Shown here: piece after piece, positions 1-8,979 of the stretch
Layout of the letters: each line of letters begins with the position of its first letter
Numbering within the stretch: position 1 is the stretch's first letter
From: an uncultured Ignavibacteria bacterium
GTDB lineage: Bacteria > Bacteroidota > Ignavibacteria > Tepidaquicellales > OLB5
Length of the DNA stretch: 64,000 nt
Reading direction: 5' to 3'
NCBI GenBank assembly: GCA_947084945.1
Contig: CAMTUP010000009.1
Coordinates: 205,882-269,881, forward strand
Translations under genes and position numbers: made by a program
The notes under the pieces: generated by a model
Databases searched by the model: none
Told to the model about the DNA's origin: nothing
What the model saw: the letters and a program-made list of their open reading frames with translations, nothing else

Positions 1-254
1 TCTAGTACTTTTTCCAGATACTTTATTAAATCTATCTCATTTAGATAGTTTATTTTGCTAGGAGCGTGAAATGAAACATATGAATACTTACTTAGATTTA
101 AACTATCTAAAGAATTTATTAAACCTTCTAATTCTTCTTCTCTTAAAGCAGACAGTTCAATACATTCAATTCCATTAACATTTTCAAGAATTTTTAAGGC
201 TAATTTATAATTTGATTTGGCAATACTTCCAGTTGAAAATCCTAATTTTGGCAT
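1..254 (-). CDS. partial ORF (first 84 aa), possibly a xylose-isomerase-like TIM-barrel protein
   Basis: Own minus-strand translation from the ATG at 252-254: MPKLGFSTGSIAKSNYKLALKILENVNGIECIELSALREEELEGL...YVSFHAPSK... It stays open to the window edge. Its start overlaps the stop of the upstream ORF (TAATG). The family guess is weak and from memory of N-termini of sugar-phosphate isomerase/epimerase-like proteins. Confidence 0.35.
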   Translation of the reverse strand, partial: MPKLGFSTGSIAKSNYKLALKILENVNGIECIELSALREEELEGLINSLDSLNLSKYSYVSFHAPSKINYLNEIDLIKYLEKVL

Positions 255-1279
255 TAAAATACTCCATATTTTCTATTGAAATCTCTTAGCGGCGACTTTT
301 TTTCAAAAAAGATTTCAATCAATGAGTTTTCAAAAATATGACCTTTTTTTCTTAATTTTTGGAATAGTTTATTATCTCCAATTTCATTAGGCTTCATTTT
401 CATCAAGATTTCTCTTTGAGACTTATCATTCATTATTCCTAAAAAATAATTATAAGAACTAAATATTTCCTTACCGAGGTTCTTTAATTTCTGATTGTTA
501 TTAAAAAAAGTTGCTAAATTTTCAAGAGGTGATCTGTAAATAAAACCTTCTAACACTTTCAGTGCTTCTTGCTCTGTGAAATTCTTACTATAAATAGATG
601 AACACATTAACATTCCAGAGACAAATAATAACTTCCTTGAAAATCTCAATTTAATGTTTCTGATTACCCATTTATAGTCATTTTGCTGCCATTCTTTCGC
701 AGCAAAATCTACACATAAAGTTCTCCAAAATCTAATCATATCATTAACTAAAAATCGGGGATATTTATTTTTCGAGAAATCAAAAATTACTTGTAAATAT
801 CTTTTGATAACACTTCTTATGACTCTACTATATACAATTGGCGAATCTGAAGTCATTGGTTCAGACTCTAATAATAGAAGCATCCTTCTAGTCATGTTAT
901 TATTGAAGTCATCTGAACCTCCAATATTATGAACTAAATCGTGACTAAAAGTTAAACCGCCAAATATTCCTGAAAAGCCAGGGTTTTTAAATTTTGCTTT
1001 ATCTAGTTGATCCTTTATTTTTAAAGCAATTTCTTGATGATTGGGTTTCACCTGCCCATCAATCAATAGTGTCCAATCAAGATCGCTTTCATTAGTGTAC
1101 TCATTTCTCGCTAACGAACCAAATACAATAAATTCACAATCACTAGAAATCAATTTTGTAGGTTCACTAATAATACGTTTTAGTTCATTCTTCTTCTCAA
1201 TGGAAAAATCATAAACTAATTTAATATTATTCCATTTGCTCTTAGTAGATTTCTCTAATTTAATTAAATCTTCTAACAT
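254..1279 (-). CDS. Pol-beta superfamily nucleotidyltransferase with a long helical C-terminal region (GlnD/DUF294-like architecture)
   Basis: GSLARNEYTNESDLDWTLLIDG matches the G-S...D-x-D NTase motif. About 230 aa of helical sequence follow (RFWRTLCVDFAAK, IRNIKLRFSRKLLF). Confidence 0.6.
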   Translation of the reverse strand: MLEDLIKLEKSTKSKWNNIKLVYDFSIEKKNELKRIISEPTKLISSDCEFIVFGSLARNEYTNESDLDWTLLIDGQVKPNHQEIALKIKDQLDKAKFKNPGFSGIFGGLTFSHDLVHNIGGSDDFNNNMTRRMLLLLESEPMTSDSPIVYSRVIRSVIKRYLQVIFDFSKNKYPRFLVNDMIRFWRTLCVDFAAKEWQQNDYKWVIRNIKLRFSRKLLFVSGMLMCSSIYSKNFTEQEALKVLEGFIYRSPLENLATFFNNNQKLKNLGKEIFSSYNYFLGIMNDKSQREILMKMKPNEIGDNKLFQKLRKKGHIFENSLIEIFFEKKSPLRDFNRKYGVF

Positions 1280-1351
1280 TTTTTAGTTGACTCTGAATAT
1301 ACATTAATGAAAATATATTAACAATTACTTTATAATAATATTTAAATAGAA

Positions 1352-1386
1352 AACAAAAAAACAGGGGTTCATGCCCCCTTTTTTAC
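1352..1386 (-). terminator. rho-independent terminator downstream of the peroxiredoxin gene (hairpin readable on both strands)
   Basis: The GGGG(G)CATGAACCCC stem-loop at 1364-1378 is flanked by an A-run and a T-run. Confidence 0.6.
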
Positions 1387-1399
1387 AATCAAGAATAAT

Positions 1400-1879
1400 T
1401 TACAATCCTGCGGCAGCGGCTTTTATACCATCAAAATTAACCTGCACACCCGGATTTTCGGTTACTTCAATATACTTAATAACGCCGTCTGTATCAATTA
1501 AGTAAACCGCTCTTTGAGCTGTTTCTTTCTGCCCATGTGCAAATTCCGGCTGAACTACATCAAATTTCCTAATAACAACTTTATTGAAATCGCTAAGCAG
1601 AGGAATTTTTATCCCGTTCTTCTCGGCAAATGCTCTCTGTACAAAAGTACCATCAACGCTTATACCCAAAACTTCTGCATTCATATCTTTGTATGAATTA
1701 AAGTTATCGCTCATAGTACAAATTTCAGTTGTGCAAACTCCTGTAAACGCCTGCGGGAAAAAAAGTAATACAACATTCTTTCCTTTAAAATCGCTTAGTG
1801 ATATCTGCACAAGATCAGCAGATGGTGTGAATGATGGTAAAGTAAATTCCGGTGCTTTATCTCCAACTTTTAATGCCAT
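1400..1879 (-). CDS. peroxiredoxin (AhpC/TSA family)
   Basis: FFPQAFTGVCTTE is a peroxidatic-Cys motif. The 159 aa length is typical. Confidence 0.85.
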   Translation of the reverse strand: MALKVGDKAPEFTLPSFTPSADLVQISLSDFKGKNVVLLFFPQAFTGVCTTEICTMSDNFNSYKDMNAEVLGISVDGTFVQRAFAEKNGIKIPLLSDFNKVVIRKFDVVQPEFAHGQKETAQRAVYLIDTDGVIKYIEVTENPGVQVNFDGIKAAAAGL

Positions 1880-2010
1880 GATATTTAATTCCTTCCAGTC
1901 ATATTTAGCGAAGCGCCTGCCTGCTGTAACGGCAATTAAGGCAGGAAGTATCCTTTAATAAAATACCGCAAAACTTTATATGACACTTAATTTATAAATT
2001 TTTCTTTTTA

Positions 2011-2118
2011 ACCTTTAACTTGCAACCTTTAACTTGCAACCTGCAACCTGTAACCTGTAACCTGCAACCTGTAACCTGTAACCTGTAACCTGTAACCTGC
2101 AACCTGCAACCTGCAACC
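2011..2118. repeat. tandem microsatellite: 2 x 14-mer followed by 11 x 7-mer
   Basis: ACCTTTAACTTGCA x2 is followed by ACCTGYA x11 in perfect phase. The array ends at the base before the lpdA stop codon (2119-2121). Confidence 0.95.
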
Positions 2119-3543
2119 TTATATATTTATCGCTTCACCATAAGCATCAGCCGCAGCTTCCATAACAGCTTCTGCAAGTGTAGGGTGAGCGTGTACTGTG
2201 CGTATAAACCCTTGATGCGTTGTTTCAAGTGATTTACCCAGAGTTACTTCAGCAATCATCTCACTTGCTTCATTTCCGCAGATATGTGCACCTAATAGCT
2301 CATCATATTTTGCATCAAATATTAATTTCACTAATCCGGCTGTTTCGCCAACTGCCCTTGCTTTTCCGCTTGCTGAAAACGGGAATTTTCCGATCTTAAC
2401 TTCATAACCAAGCTCCTTTGCTTTCTTTTCTGTTAACCCAACTGATGCAACCTGGGGTTGACAGAATGTTACAGCAGGTATGCAAAGATAATCTATATCG
2501 GGAACTTCATGCCCTGCTATTTTTTCAACACAGTTAATACCTTCAGCGGCAGCAACGTGAGCAAGCCATGGGGGTCCGTTTACATCACCAATTGCATAAA
2601 CACCTTCAACATTGGTCTTATAATTACTATCTACTTTAATAAAGCCTTTATCGACTTTAACACCAAGCTCATCAAGACCGAAACCCTCGACATTGCCTGC
2701 AAAACCAACTGCTACCAATGCTATATCCGATTCAATTTCAGCATTATTTTTCCCGCTTACTTTTGTTATGACTTTTTCACTCTTGCTGTTAGGTGCGGTT
2801 TTTTCAACTGTAATGCTTTCAACTTTAGTTCCTGTCATGATATTAATGCCAAGTTTTCTGTATTCCCTGCCTACAACATCGCTTAATTCCTTATCTTCGA
2901 CAGGTAGTGGCTGGTCAAGCATTTCAACAATTGTAACCTTTGCTCCAAATGCATTCCAGAAGTATGCAAATTCAATTCCAATAGCGCCTGCACCTATTAT
3001 TGTAACACTTTCAGGAAGCTTATCAAGCACAATTGCTTCCATGAACGAAAGTACACGTTTGCCATCAACATTCATTCCTGGGAAAGCCCTTGCCTTAGAG
3101 CCTGTTGCTACTATAGTATGTTTTGCAATAATCTCTTCAATTACTTTGCCATCTTTTTGTACTTCTATAAGTGTTCCACCGGGGGTTTTCTTCAAAATAC
3201 CGTAACCTGAAATATAAGTAATTTTATTTTTTTTCATAAGGTACTGAACGCCTTTTTCTGATTTATCGGCTACATCACGTGAGCGTTTTACAACTGCCGC
3301 AAAATCAAATTCAACGCCGCTTACAGTTATACCAAATTCTTTGGATTTTTTCATCATATGCATAACCTCTGCCGCCTTTAGCAATGATTTGGATGGTATG
3401 CATCCCCAATTTAAACATATACCTCCAAGCCTGGCTGTTTCAACAAGAGCTGTTTTTAATCCAAGCTGTGATGCTCGGATAGCAGCGGAATAGCCTCCTA
3501 CACCACCGCCGAGTACAACAACATCAAATTCACTTTTTGCCAT
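2119..3543 (-). CDS. lpdA: dihydrolipoyl dehydrogenase (E3)
   Basis: Has the GGGVGGY FAD motif, the CLNWGCIPSK redox disulfide, and the C-terminal HAHPTLAE. Confidence 0.9.
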   Translation of the reverse strand: MAKSEFDVVVLGGGVGGYSAAIRASQLGLKTALVETARLGGICLNWGCIPSKSLLKAAEVMHMMKKSKEFGITVSGVEFDFAAVVKRSRDVADKSEKGVQYLMKKNKITYISGYGILKKTPGGTLIEVQKDGKVIEEIIAKHTIVATGSKARAFPGMNVDGKRVLSFMEAIVLDKLPESVTIIGAGAIGIEFAYFWNAFGAKVTIVEMLDQPLPVEDKELSDVVGREYRKLGINIMTGTKVESITVEKTAPNSKSEKVITKVSGKNNAEIESDIALVAVGFAGNVEGFGLDELGVKVDKGFIKVDSNYKTNVEGVYAIGDVNGPPWLAHVAAAEGINCVEKIAGHEVPDIDYLCIPAVTFCQPQVASVGLTEKKAKELGYEVKIGKFPFSASGKARAVGETAGLVKLIFDAKYDELLGAHICGNEASEMIAEVTLGKSLETTHQGFIRTVHAHPTLAEAVMEAAADAYGEAINI

Positions 3544-3924
3544 TTTTTTTTCCTGTTTTCCTTATATACAAGGAAAATTTATAATTTAATAATATTTTTC
3601 TGTTATTAACTACAAAAATACGCAATTAAAGGGACTTACTCAATTGAGTTAATTTTGCCTGATTGTATGAATGTTTTGACGAATAGGTGAAAAATTGCCC
3701 TCCAGTATATCCCTATTATTTGCACTATCTAACAAGGCGAATAATTAAAGAACGCGGGAGGAGCAGAGAGCGGTAAATATTAGTAGCTTTGAAAGTGTTA
3801 AGATTACTTATACTTAGCATTTCAAAAAAAAATATTTCAGATAATCAAAAAAATTAATATTGACTAATCAGCAATAAAATAATATATTACATATTATTTT
3901 TAAACTAACTAGAGGAGATTTATC

Positions 3925-4263
3925 ATGAAAAAAACAATTTTTGTTTTTCTCTTAGCAGCAGGCTTTTTTGTTTTGGCTCAGAATGTAATTGCTCAGTCAA
4001 ACCAGGATTTTTCTATTGCCAATAACACGGGTATGATACTGGTTGACATTTTTATTTCACCAAGCAACGCAGATAACTGGGGACCTGATGTAATTCCCAA
4101 GGATATGATATTAGATGGTGAAACATTCAACTTCACTTTTGCAGGTGTTAATCCTGAACAATGCAGTTGGGATATTATGTTCACAGCTGATACGGGCACG
4201 CAATATTACATGAAAGGTGTTGATCTTTGCACGTTGACAAGCATAACGCTTTCAAAACAATAA
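3925..4263 (+). CDS. small secreted hypothetical protein
   Basis: Has an N-terminal signal peptide (MKKTIFVFLLAAGFFVLAQNVIAQ) and a GGAG-type RBS upstream. No family recognised. Confidence 0.5.
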   Translation: MKKTIFVFLLAAGFFVLAQNVIAQSNQDFSIANNTGMILVDIFISPSNADNWGPDVIPKDMILDGETFNFTFAGVNPEQCSWDIMFTADTGTQYYMKGVDLCTLTSITLSKQ

Positions 4264-4318
4264 TAACTTTTTATATCATAAAAAAAGCCCGTTAATTTAA
4301 TTGACTGGCTTTTTTTTA

Positions 4319-4966
4319 TTAAAAATTCACTTTAAACTTAAGCCTGTATTCTTTACCACGCGTTCCATTTTTTGTAAACTTATCCTCGCTCACATCAAAA
4401 TCAAATAAATGCGCGTCAACATATGCATCAACCATACTTACAACATAAACTATCAGGAAATACCATACAAAATCATTCCGTTGATCGCGGTAGAACTCAC
4501 GCAAAGTTTTCAGGGTAAAATTACCTAACGGATTAAGTTCAGTCTGCGATGCTGAATACTGATCTCTGTAATCTTTATATAGATTATTATTCCTGAAATA
4601 TTCATAACCAAAATAGCCTATTAATCCGCCAATTATTGGTATTTTCCAGTATGACTCGTTGTAAAACTGTCCCGCCCCGGGAAGCACTGTGCTTAGTAGT
4701 ACAGCAGTAGTTGGTGATTTCCGCATTTTGAATTTTTTGATAGTAGGGTCTTTTGGTTTTGTAACAGTAATATTTGAATCGTTATATGCAGAATCTTGTA
4801 AAAAAACACCACTATTGTAAGCGAACGAAATTTGCGTGGCAATCTTATCACTCTTTAAACTCAACTTTGGAAAACTTTGCGAATACAATTCTCCAACAAA
4901 TAAAAAAGATGCAGCTATTAGAATAATAACTGCACCATTTATTAAAACTTTTATAAACTTATTCAT
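4319..4966 (-). CDS. membrane protein, DUF5683-like
   Basis: Has a signal/TM N-terminus and the LLSTVLPGAGQFYN motif, which I associate with DUF5683. Confidence 0.5.
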   Translation of the reverse strand: MNKFIKVLINGAVIILIAASFLFVGELYSQSFPKLSLKSDKIATQISFAYNSGVFLQDSAYNDSNITVTKPKDPTIKKFKMRKSPTTAVLLSTVLPGAGQFYNESYWKIPIIGGLIGYFGYEYFRNNNLYKDYRDQYSASQTELNPLGNFTLKTLREFYRDQRNDFVWYFLIVYVVSMVDAYVDAHLFDFDVSEDKFTKNGTRGKEYRLKFKVNF

Positions 4967-5001
4967 TAAACCATTTAGCTTACTGCAAAATAATGCCTTG
5001 C

Positions 5002-5388
5002 TTATTTAGGAGGCTGATTTGTTGGCTGCTGTTGATCAACTGGTGGCTGCTGTTGGTCAACCGGAGGCTGCTGCATTTGGTTTGGAACAGTAGGCTGCGG
5101 GAAGTTCTGCTGCCCTGAGTTCTGCTGAATGATGCTTTCATTTGTTCCTCCGCCCTTGTTTATTATCACATTGGTTACAAGTGAAAACAAGAGTAAAATT
5201 GTTGCAAGTATGCTTGTTAGCTTTACCAAGAAATCAGCAGTTCTTCTTACACCAAACACCATAGAAGCATCTCCGCCGCCGCCGCCAAAAGTACCTGCTA
5301 ATCCGCCGCCCTTTGAGGACTGGATAAGAACAACTCCCATTAGCATAACTGATACTAAAATAAGCAAAATTATGAAAATACTGATCAT
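5002..5388 (-). CDS. secG: preprotein translocase subunit SecG with a Q/P-rich C-terminal extension
   Basis: TM1 is followed by the glycine-rich SSKGGGLAGTFGGGGG loop and TM2. The tail carries the tandem QQPPVDQQQPPVDQQQP. Confidence 0.8.
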   Translation of the reverse strand: MISIFIILLILVSVMLMGVVLIQSSKGGGLAGTFGGGGGDASMVFGVRRTADFLVKLTSILATILLLFSLVTNVIINKGGGTNESIIQQNSGQQNFPQPTVPNQMQQPPVDQQQPPVDQQQPTNQPPK

Positions 5389-5699
5389 TTTAAATCCTTT
5401 AAATTATTATCTATAATGTAGAACTGCAATTTTAAGGATAATTTTATTGATTTTAAAGTCTATTTTTGTGGGTGGAAAATGATTGCTTGTTGTAAGTGAA
5501 CTGCCGGGGGCAGTCACGGCTTAGACACAAGTCAGGCAACACCATAGAAAGAAGGTAATGCATATTGTGCCTTAATGATGATAATTTATCCATCAATATC
5601 CCTATCCCTTTTTGGTATTACCTGAGTTCCTTTACAATTCCCCATCAATAGATAAATTAAATTAAAGTCTCTGTGTAAAATTCTACTATTAATAATACA

Positions 5700-6500
5700 T
5701 TAAATCTTTTTAAAATGTCTGGATAATTCCCTCCATACCTTATCAAAATCAGGAATATCTTTAATTTGCTTTTCGAGATTCTCATTCCAACCCGATTCAA
5801 ACTTTGATCGTTTTTCATTGACTGTTCTCGCAAAATTATCCGGGTCTATACCTTTAAATTTTGTTTTTTCCTGAAAATCAAAAACATAATCAAGAATATC
5901 ATTTTGTTCATTTTCAAGTTGATACCACAAATCATACAAATCTCTTGGCATTGTCCTTTGAATAAGCGACCTCATTTTCTCAGATATAACCTCACCAATA
6001 GTATAACATTTTATTTTATATACTCCCTGTAAATCAGAGTATTCGTTGAATACAGGCATTACATCTGGAAGATTACAAATTTTCTCTTTATCGCAAATAT
6101 CGACCTTTATATCTTTTTTACTTATTTTACCACCCAATGGACCAATATAACCAATATAAAAATTAAAATTTCCTGTCTTATTAAAATTTTCATTACTAAT
6201 CTCTAAACTTATTCTAGATTCCTTGTTCACCAATTGCAGAACTTCCTCAAACTCAGTTTTAATTACATCAACATCTAATTTCTCGAATAGATATGTAAAA
6301 TCTAAGTCCTCAGAAAGACGGTAGTCTTTAACATAGACTTTACGTATAGCAGTACCTCCTTTAAAAAGCAAATTATTCTTTAAAAATTCGTTATTTGATA
6401 TTCCTTTCAAGACCCAACCAATTACATAATCCTTTTCAATTTGAGTATCTTTTACCCCAAGTTTTGAGGCAATTGATTGTATCTCTCCTGATGTAATCAT
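5700..6500 (-). CDS. AbiEii/AbiGii-family nucleotidyltransferase toxin (type IV TA, DUF1814)
   Basis: FKGGTAIRKVY...RLSEDLDFTY matches the AbiEii NTase motifs. It starts 1 nt after the stop of the upstream AbiEi-like gene. Confidence 0.85.
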   Translation of the reverse strand: MITSGEIQSIASKLGVKDTQIEKDYVIGWVLKGISNNEFLKNNLLFKGGTAIRKVYVKDYRLSEDLDFTYLFEKLDVDVIKTEFEEVLQLVNKESRISLEISNENFNKTGNFNFYIGYIGPLGGKISKKDIKVDICDKEKICNLPDVMPVFNEYSDLQGVYKIKCYTIGEVISEKMRSLIQRTMPRDLYDLWYQLENEQNDILDYVFDFQEKTKFKGIDPDNFARTVNEKRSKFESGWNENLEKQIKDIPDFDKVWRELSRHFKKI

Positions 6501-6501
6501 T

Positions 6502-7338
6502 TTAAGTTTCTATTGATTCTAAAATATCCTGCATTCCAACATTATCAAATACTTTCCATTTTGAGTGATGTTTACCTTCATAGGGAGATGAAGGGTCAAG
6601 CAAAACATAAGATTGTGATAATTTACTTTCTATACTTCTCCTCAATAATTTTAGAATACCCAGGCTAAATAGTATAAATCCTAATCTTTTTAAAACTGCC
6701 TGCGAATTGAAATTATCCAAATATGTAACCATTTTATCCTGATTAATTTTATCTTTGACCTTATAAATACTTTTTGAAATTTCGATTATTCCGGAGGCAT
6801 ATTTAGGCTTATATAAACAATCAATTATTGTTTTTTCAAGATCACTGCAATTAACTTTATTGAAATCGTCTATCCACATTTTTTCAAAACCGAAAAATCG
6901 ATCCTCTTTATATGTTATAAACTCAAATCTTACTTTTTTTATCATTTGTATTCTAGGAACAAATTGTTTTAGCGTTACAATTTGTTCGACAAGGGATGGT
7001 TGTGTTATTAGACCATGAATATCCAAAGCACTATAAAATCCAATATAATATTCCTTTGGTTTCACTAATGCTTCAGCTGTCAGATGCCAGTTAGGAAAGT
7101 ACGTTTCAGTTTCTCTATCATATGGTACTACACAATACTTTCCATCCTTTAATCTAATTAGCAAACCTCTGTTTACCATATCGCTCAATAACCTGCGAAT
7201 GGCATCATAATTACTATTTGAAAGCAACTCTGAAGCATTCTGGTTCGTGAAGAAATGCAAGTTCTTTTTGTTGAGTTCTTTCAATAATTCTGCTGAACGG
7301 AACGATATATGCTTGTTCATATTTGATATGAGAGCCAT
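6502..7338 (-). CDS. AbiEi-family antitoxin / transcriptional regulator
   Basis: 278 aa with an N-terminal wHTH-like segment (LLSDMVNRGLLIRLKDGKYCV). It lies immediately upstream of AbiEii. Confidence 0.7.
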   Translation of the reverse strand: MALISNMNKHISFRSAELLKELNKKNLHFFTNQNASELLSNSNYDAIRRLLSDMVNRGLLIRLKDGKYCVVPYDRETETYFPNWHLTAEALVKPKEYYIGFYSALDIHGLITQPSLVEQIVTLKQFVPRIQMIKKVRFEFITYKEDRFFGFEKMWIDDFNKVNCSDLEKTIIDCLYKPKYASGIIEISKSIYKVKDKINQDKMVTYLDNFNSQAVLKRLGFILFSLGILKLLRRSIESKLSQSYVLLDPSSPYEGKHHSKWKVFDNVGMQDILESIET

Positions 7339-7525
7339 AAACTCACTTTACTAATATTATATATTATATACATTATATTTAATATAAAAAATGTGAGTTT
7401 ATAACTCACTTTAGCAATATAATATATAATTTATAAATTTGAAATCAATAATTTAGGGTATTGTTTAAATAATTATTTTTTAATTATTCATTTCAATACA
7501 ATTTATCATAAGTATTAAACTCACT

Positions 7526-7572
7526 TTTGTTGTTGGTTTACTGCAAGGGCACTCTTACAACACCAACAAAGG
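7526..7572. repeat. palindromic unit (TTGTTGGT ... ACCAACAA)
   Basis: 8-bp perfect stem, 7530-7537 pairing with 7563-7570. A related unit lies at 10019-10058. Confidence 0.7.
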
Positions 7573-7970
7573 GGTAAAATTAGTAATTTTTCGCAAAAAG
7601 TATCAAATTTTGATACTTTACGCAAAATATCTATTTTATATCCTTTTCCCCATTGATGTTTTTTATCTGACTTTATGCTCATTAACTGCTTAAGTCAGGT
7701 TCTAATAACCTGACTTGCAGACTTTATCTGCAAGAGAATTTTGTTAGATTATAGTGTCAGGTCTAAGGACCTGACACAAGCAGTAAACTCACATAAAAGA
7801 GCTTGAAGCTGAATCAGTATCTTACATAGTATGCAGCAAATTCAACATTCAGACTAGAACAGACATATATCTATTCTTTTATACTTATGAAGATTCGGAT
7901 TATTCACAAATCAGTATTGAATTAAGAATGAAAGTTGCCGGGAAAATTGAGAAGATGGGAAGGTAAATAT

Positions 7971-8948
7971 TTATATAGAATTATTAAAATCCATTGACAA
8001 TTGAGCATTCGGGTTGAGTTCTTTATTTTTAAATTTTTCAATTATTTCGTTTGTCTTCTCTGAAATGTCAAATGTTAAAATCGCTGGGAATTGCGAATTG
8101 TGTTTTACTTTGTTTTTTACTGATATATTATGAGTGTTTGTAGCATAACAGTATTCACAACCCATTAAACATGTGTCATTAATGCCGATATCTTTGCTTA
8201 TTGTGCATCCACACGCAATTCTTTGCGATTTATCTTTCTTGAAAGTTAAATCAATTCCGAATTCTCTCTTTATTAGATGATCATCGATACATTTACCATG
8301 TATAATTCCAATTTGTTCTAAATCTATTGATTCTGCACAACTTTGTACTTCTAAATCATACCTTTTAGCGATATTTACTAATTTGAATAGAAATTCTTCA
8401 AGAAATGGTTTATTGATTTGATCATTTTGGTAATTTGTTTCAAGTTTGTTTAACCTACGGTTTGTTTTTACATAATCATCTACAATGCTAATAACCACTC
8501 GTTTTGTATACTCGCCAATATTTTCAGCTATATATTCAAAATTCTTGAGATGAAAAACTGGAGTTAGATCGTCAGTAAAAATAATTGGATCATATCTCCA
8601 TATAATTTTTCCTTTCCCAATTTTATTAGATATATTTATAAAAGATTGAGATACATTTTCCAAAGTAGGGTTAAATTTTTCATAGATTTTAGGATAATTA
8701 TTAACTGTAAACTGAAAATAATATTTATATTGATTTCGCTCGAGAAAATCTAAATGCTTTATAAGTGGCTTTGGATTTCGTGTCCAAAAAACAATTACGT
8801 CAACTGTTTCGGGTGAAAGGTCTACAAAAGATACTTGATTTGTATTGAATGGATTAGGTACTAAACAGAATTTCTCCTTTATTCTATTAACAAACCATTC
8901 ACTAAAATAAGCTGGTATGTCTGTCCTTCTACTAGCGCTAATTATCAT
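7971..8948 (-). CDS. DUF1848-like protein with a C-terminal Cys cluster (probable Fe-S)
   Basis: N-terminus is MIISASRRTDIPAYFSEWF. Carries the cluster CxC-x11-C-x3-C-x2-C (ACGCTISKDIGINDTCLMGCEYCYA). Confidence 0.65.
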   Translation of the reverse strand: MIISASRRTDIPAYFSEWFVNRIKEKFCLVPNPFNTNQVSFVDLSPETVDVIVFWTRNPKPLIKHLDFLERNQYKYYFQFTVNNYPKIYEKFNPTLENVSQSFINISNKIGKGKIIWRYDPIIFTDDLTPVFHLKNFEYIAENIGEYTKRVVISIVDDYVKTNRRLNKLETNYQNDQINKPFLEEFLFKLVNIAKRYDLEVQSCAESIDLEQIGIIHGKCIDDHLIKREFGIDLTFKKDKSQRIACGCTISKDIGINDTCLMGCEYCYATNTHNISVKNKVKHNSQFPAILTFDISEKTNEIIEKFKNKELNPNAQLSMDFNNSI

Positions 8949-8979
8949 AATTCTTTTAAATAGAATTTAATACTCATTA

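Noticed and set aside
2011-2118. Tandem repeats considered as a possible CRISPR array (also the arrays at 31115-31142, 31832-31859 and 60530-60571).
   Set aside because: The units are 7-14 nt and directly abut each other with no spacers. No cas genes are present in the window. These are microsatellites, not CRISPR.
2693-3205. Long antisense ORFs inside confidently assigned genes (for example 1584-1958, 2458-2886, 2693-3205, 5129-5416, 10179-10388, 12180-12512, 30497-30763, 36174-36533, 38183-38548, 40760-41128, 54638-54973, 58251-58646).
   Set aside because: These are shadow ORFs opposite strongly recognisable genes. They have low-complexity or odd composition and no independent support.
5420-5699. 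Gene-free 280 bp upstream of secG considered for an ncRNA (it contains GCCGGGGGCAGTCACGGC and GACACAAGTCAGGC segments).
   Set aside because: I could not fold it into, or match it to, any RNA family that I know. The partial similarity to hairpin modules at 7690-7776 suggests repeat debris.
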